Origin: Aplysia californica
Lineage: Eukaryota
DNA length: 64,000 bases
Assembly: GCF_000002075.1 (NCBI RefSeq)
Contig: NW_004798575.1
Span: forward strand, 5,359-69,358
Reading direction: 5' to 3'
In this document: in pieces, positions 61,001 through 64,000 of the stretch
Position numbering within the stretch: position 1 is the first letter of the stretch
How the letters are laid out: each line of letters begins with the position of its first letter
The notes under the pieces: generated by a model
Told to the model about the DNA's origin: nothing
Databases searched by the model: none
Seen by the model: only the letters and a program-made list of their open reading frames with translations
Made by a program: the position numbers and the translations under genes

Positions 61001-64000
61001 AATAGCAAAGCTGCTGCCTTTTGAACATGGATAGATGAAGATTGGCCGTGATAATTTCTGATGAAACCAGTGATCATTTTGAGCCGCTATGGCGATGACT
61101 GAAACAGCCCCTAAGCTCAGCAAGCTGCAGTCAGTGAGGAAATAGAATCTGGCATTTACGGTTGGCAGAAACAGCACCTAAGAATAGCAAAGCTGCTGCC
61201 TATAAAACCGAAATAGATGAAGATTGGCCATGAACATCGATAGATGAAAATTGTCAGTGATCATTTGTGAGAAAAGTACTATGTAAGGAAAAGAAATGTG
61301 GCTATCTCTGAGACAATTATAACCATCATGGTGAGGACTGATGGTTGTGGTTTTATTGTTGTTCTTTTAAAAAAAATTTTGAACATTTCAAATGTTTGTT
61401 TTCATTTTCCTTTGTTTTGAACTCCTTTACCTGTTTGAGCAGCGTTTTTGAAGTTCGCTGAAATTTTCTCTTTCAGATTTTCTCCGCTTTATGTTCGGAG
61501 TTGAAAACGTTGCAGAAGAATTCTTTTGAGTTGTCCGTTTGAAGATTCGAAATTGAATTTCGTTCGTTTGGTTTTCTTCTTGATTGATTTTCCAAACCAC
61601 AGATATTTAAAAAAATAGTCTGTTACTTTTGTGAGTAGGTCGGTGTAGCGTAGGATGGTTGACTGAAACAGCCCCTAAAGTGAACAAGCTGCAGTCAAAA
61701 GATTGTTCCTGGCAGAAACAGCACCTAAAGTTATCTAGCTGCTGCCAGTAAGTTGTGCCACTAGTAAACTATATCAGCTAATATCATTGTGCAAGTACTT
61801 AAAATGCAGTTATCTTTTGGACATTTTGAGCCAGTATGCCGATGACTGAAACAGCACCTAAGCTCAGCAAGCTGCAGTCAATGAGGAAATAAAATATGTG
61901 GCATTTACGGTTGGCAGATACAGCACCTAAGAATAGCAAAGCTGCTGCCTTTTGAACATGGATAGATGAAGATTGGCCGTGATAATTTCTGATGAAACCA
62001 GTGATCATTTTGAGCCGCTATGGCGATGACTGAAACAGCCCCTAAGCTCAGCAAGCTGCAGTCAATGAGGAAATAGAATATGGTATTTCGGATCGGCAGA
62101 AACAGCCCCTAAGAATATCAAGCTGCTGCCTGTAGAGCCACAATAGATGATGATTGCCCTTGATAATTTTTGATGAAACCATTGAAGGCAGTACTATGTG
62201 AATGAAACATGTGCGACATTCTTGTAGACATTTTGAAGTATTATCATCACAGGGCGTGACAGTTGTCAGAACCAGCACCTGAGACTAGCAAGTGTCTTTC
62301 TGGAGAGGACGTTCAGCACTTCCCCCTACCCTCCGGCCTGGGCAGAGGACCAGCGGCGGAGGAGCCAGACCAGGGCACTTCTAACAGACCGTTAAGGTTT
62401 GTTTGTTTTGAGTGGATGTCCGAGAGGGAACTTGGGCTGAGGTTAGGGTGGGAAGTGTGATAGTAAGAGAGTTTTAGAAAGACCGCCCGTCACGGTGGAA
62501 ATGCAACCGTTCTATTGTAAATCTGGAAATGTTTCATTTTGTTGTTCATACCGTCCAGAGGTTGTGAACTGGTATTTTTTCCACGAGCACTGTACTTCAT
62601 GAAAACTTGGTTGTTAATTCTGCTCTGTGAGTAAGACTGAAATTCTATTGTTTTTCAGAGTACATCCCGTTTCAAGAGATGTATTCTGGAAGAGCCTCGA
62701 GTCATGTAGGACCAGCCAAGTGAAAAAGTAAGAATTTGCAATTTTGTTAGTCTTCTTTGCTTTTGAAGTGAATAATTTATGTATGTGAAAGGGGAAATAA
62801 GTTATGAGGGAGAATGGAGAAAATTAGACTTGTCGCTGAATTAAAGGAAATGCATATATTTTGAGACCATTTCATGTTCCATTGTCTTTGACAAGTGGTT
62901 GTTACGGATGTGTTTAGTATTTTAGTCAAGCATTGTAGTGGGAATATTTTAATTTCTTTAGCGTATGGAACCTTCCTTCTGATTTTGTATTTTTCGACAA
63001 GAATCGTACCCCATGAAAACCTGGTTCTTAATTCTGAACATGAAAATTGAGCGAGGTGTGGCCAAAGCATGGAAATCAAGCTGCAAAGACTTCCTGTTTT
63101 GGGATAGAGCATTAGTTTTCTCCTTTTGAAAAATTTCTCAGAGTACATCCAGTTTGAAGAGATGCATTGTGGAAGAGCATGGAGTCATGTAGGACCAGCC
63201 AACAGAGATGGTGGGAATTGCAATGTTTTTTGCCTTCTTTGGCCCGTTTTCAATTGTCTCAGAGTATATCCTTGTTGCGAGTCCTAAGTGGCAGAAACAG
63301 CACATAAGGTTATCGAGCTGCTGCCAATAACTATTGAAGCCAATACAGTGCGGGTACTTAAAATGCAGTTATCTTTTCAACATTTGCGCCACTATGGCGA
63401 TGACCTGACTGAAACAGCCCCTAAGCTCAGCAAGCTGCAGTCAGTGAGGAAATAGAATCTGGCATTTACGGTTGGCAGAAACAGCACCTAAGAATAGCAA
63501 AGCTGCTGCCTATAAAACCGAAATAGATGAAGATTGGCATGATAATTTCTGATGAAGCCAGTGATCATTTTGAGCCACTATGGCGATGACTGAAACAGCC
63601 TCTAAACTCAGCAAGCTGCAGTCAGTGAGGAAATAGAATATGGTATTTCAGATCGGCAGAAACAGCCCTTAAGAATAGCAAGCTGCTGCCTTTTGAACAT
63701 CGATAGATGAAAATTGTCAGTGATCATTTCTGAGAAAAGTACTATGTAAGGAAAAAAAATGTGGCTATCTCTGAGACAATTATAACCATCATGGTGAGGA
63801 CTGATGGTTGTGGTTTTATTGTTGTTCTTTTAAAAAAAATTTTGAACATTTCAAATGTTTGTTTTCATTTTCCTTTGTTTTGAACTCCTTTACCTGTTTG
63901 AGCAGCGTTTTTGAAGTTCGCTGAAATTTTCTCTTTCAGATTTTCTCCGCTTTATGTTCGGAGTTGAAAACGTTGCAGAAGAATTCTTTTGAGTTGTCCG
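22013..64000. repeat. Hierarchical tandem array (macrosatellite): 182-bp monomer, 1049-bp block, 2428-bp unit; runs off the window end
   Basis: Near-identical ORFs recur in the ORF track: 11 copies of the exon-A block (24061, 26858, 31609, 34037, 36647, 43496, 45924, 49583, 53789, 57630, 62253) and 20 complete copies of the AT-rich block. Confidence 0.98.
29060..30470. repeat. Long pure run of the 182-bp monomer (about 7-8 copies); similar runs at about 37800-38850 and 51790-52470
   Basis: gactgaaacagcccctaagctcagcaagctgcagtc...ttggcagaaacagcacctaagaatagcaaagctgctgcc...ctgatgaa(a/g)ccagtgatcattttgagccactatggcgat, period 181-182. Confidence 0.97.

Larger units (their letters stand above)
21493..64000 (+). 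ncRNA. Putative spliced long non-coding host transcript with repeated exons
   Basis: Repeated AG/GT-bounded segments richer in GC than their flanks: A0 21493-21579, A 24061-24204, B 24467-24535, B' 22341-22409 and their copies; no conserved reading frame; no expression evidence available. Confidence 0.4.

Noticed and set aside
22687-63148. Recurrent 65-123 aa ORFs in the array
   Set aside because: Short, mostly non-ATG starts, low-complexity, no recognisable domain; the 182-bp period is not a multiple of 3; identity simply reflects the repeat.

Overview
Eukaryotic (animal) genomic DNA, AT-rich, with four assembly gaps (about 1732-2240, 16828-17045, 19974-20447, and 100 Ns at 24709-24808). 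The left third holds a complete 7-exon, + strand class I eIF4E gene (CDS 3508-10926, 648 nt, 215 aa). From memory the protein looks like Aplysia californica eIF4E, so the source is probably an Aplysia-like gastropod (not verified by search). Its introns and flanks carry tRNA-derived SINEs, MITEs and LINE fragments. From about 21.5 kb to the end of the window (over 42 kb) is a hierarchical tandem array built from three nested modules: a 182-bp monomer, a 1049-bp block and a 2428-bp unit. Each large unit has AG/GT-bounded exon-like segments. Between them lie roughly 200 copies (hand estimate) of one bulged stem-loop: outer stem, AAA bulge, CAGC/GCTG stem, and a 15-16 nt loop that usually contains CCTAA. 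The outer stem shows compensatory changes between variants. The best candidate for an undescribed system is a spliced, non-coding + strand host transcript carrying a large array of structured RNA motifs. This is inference and needs expression data. The short ORFs in the array are not considered real genes.
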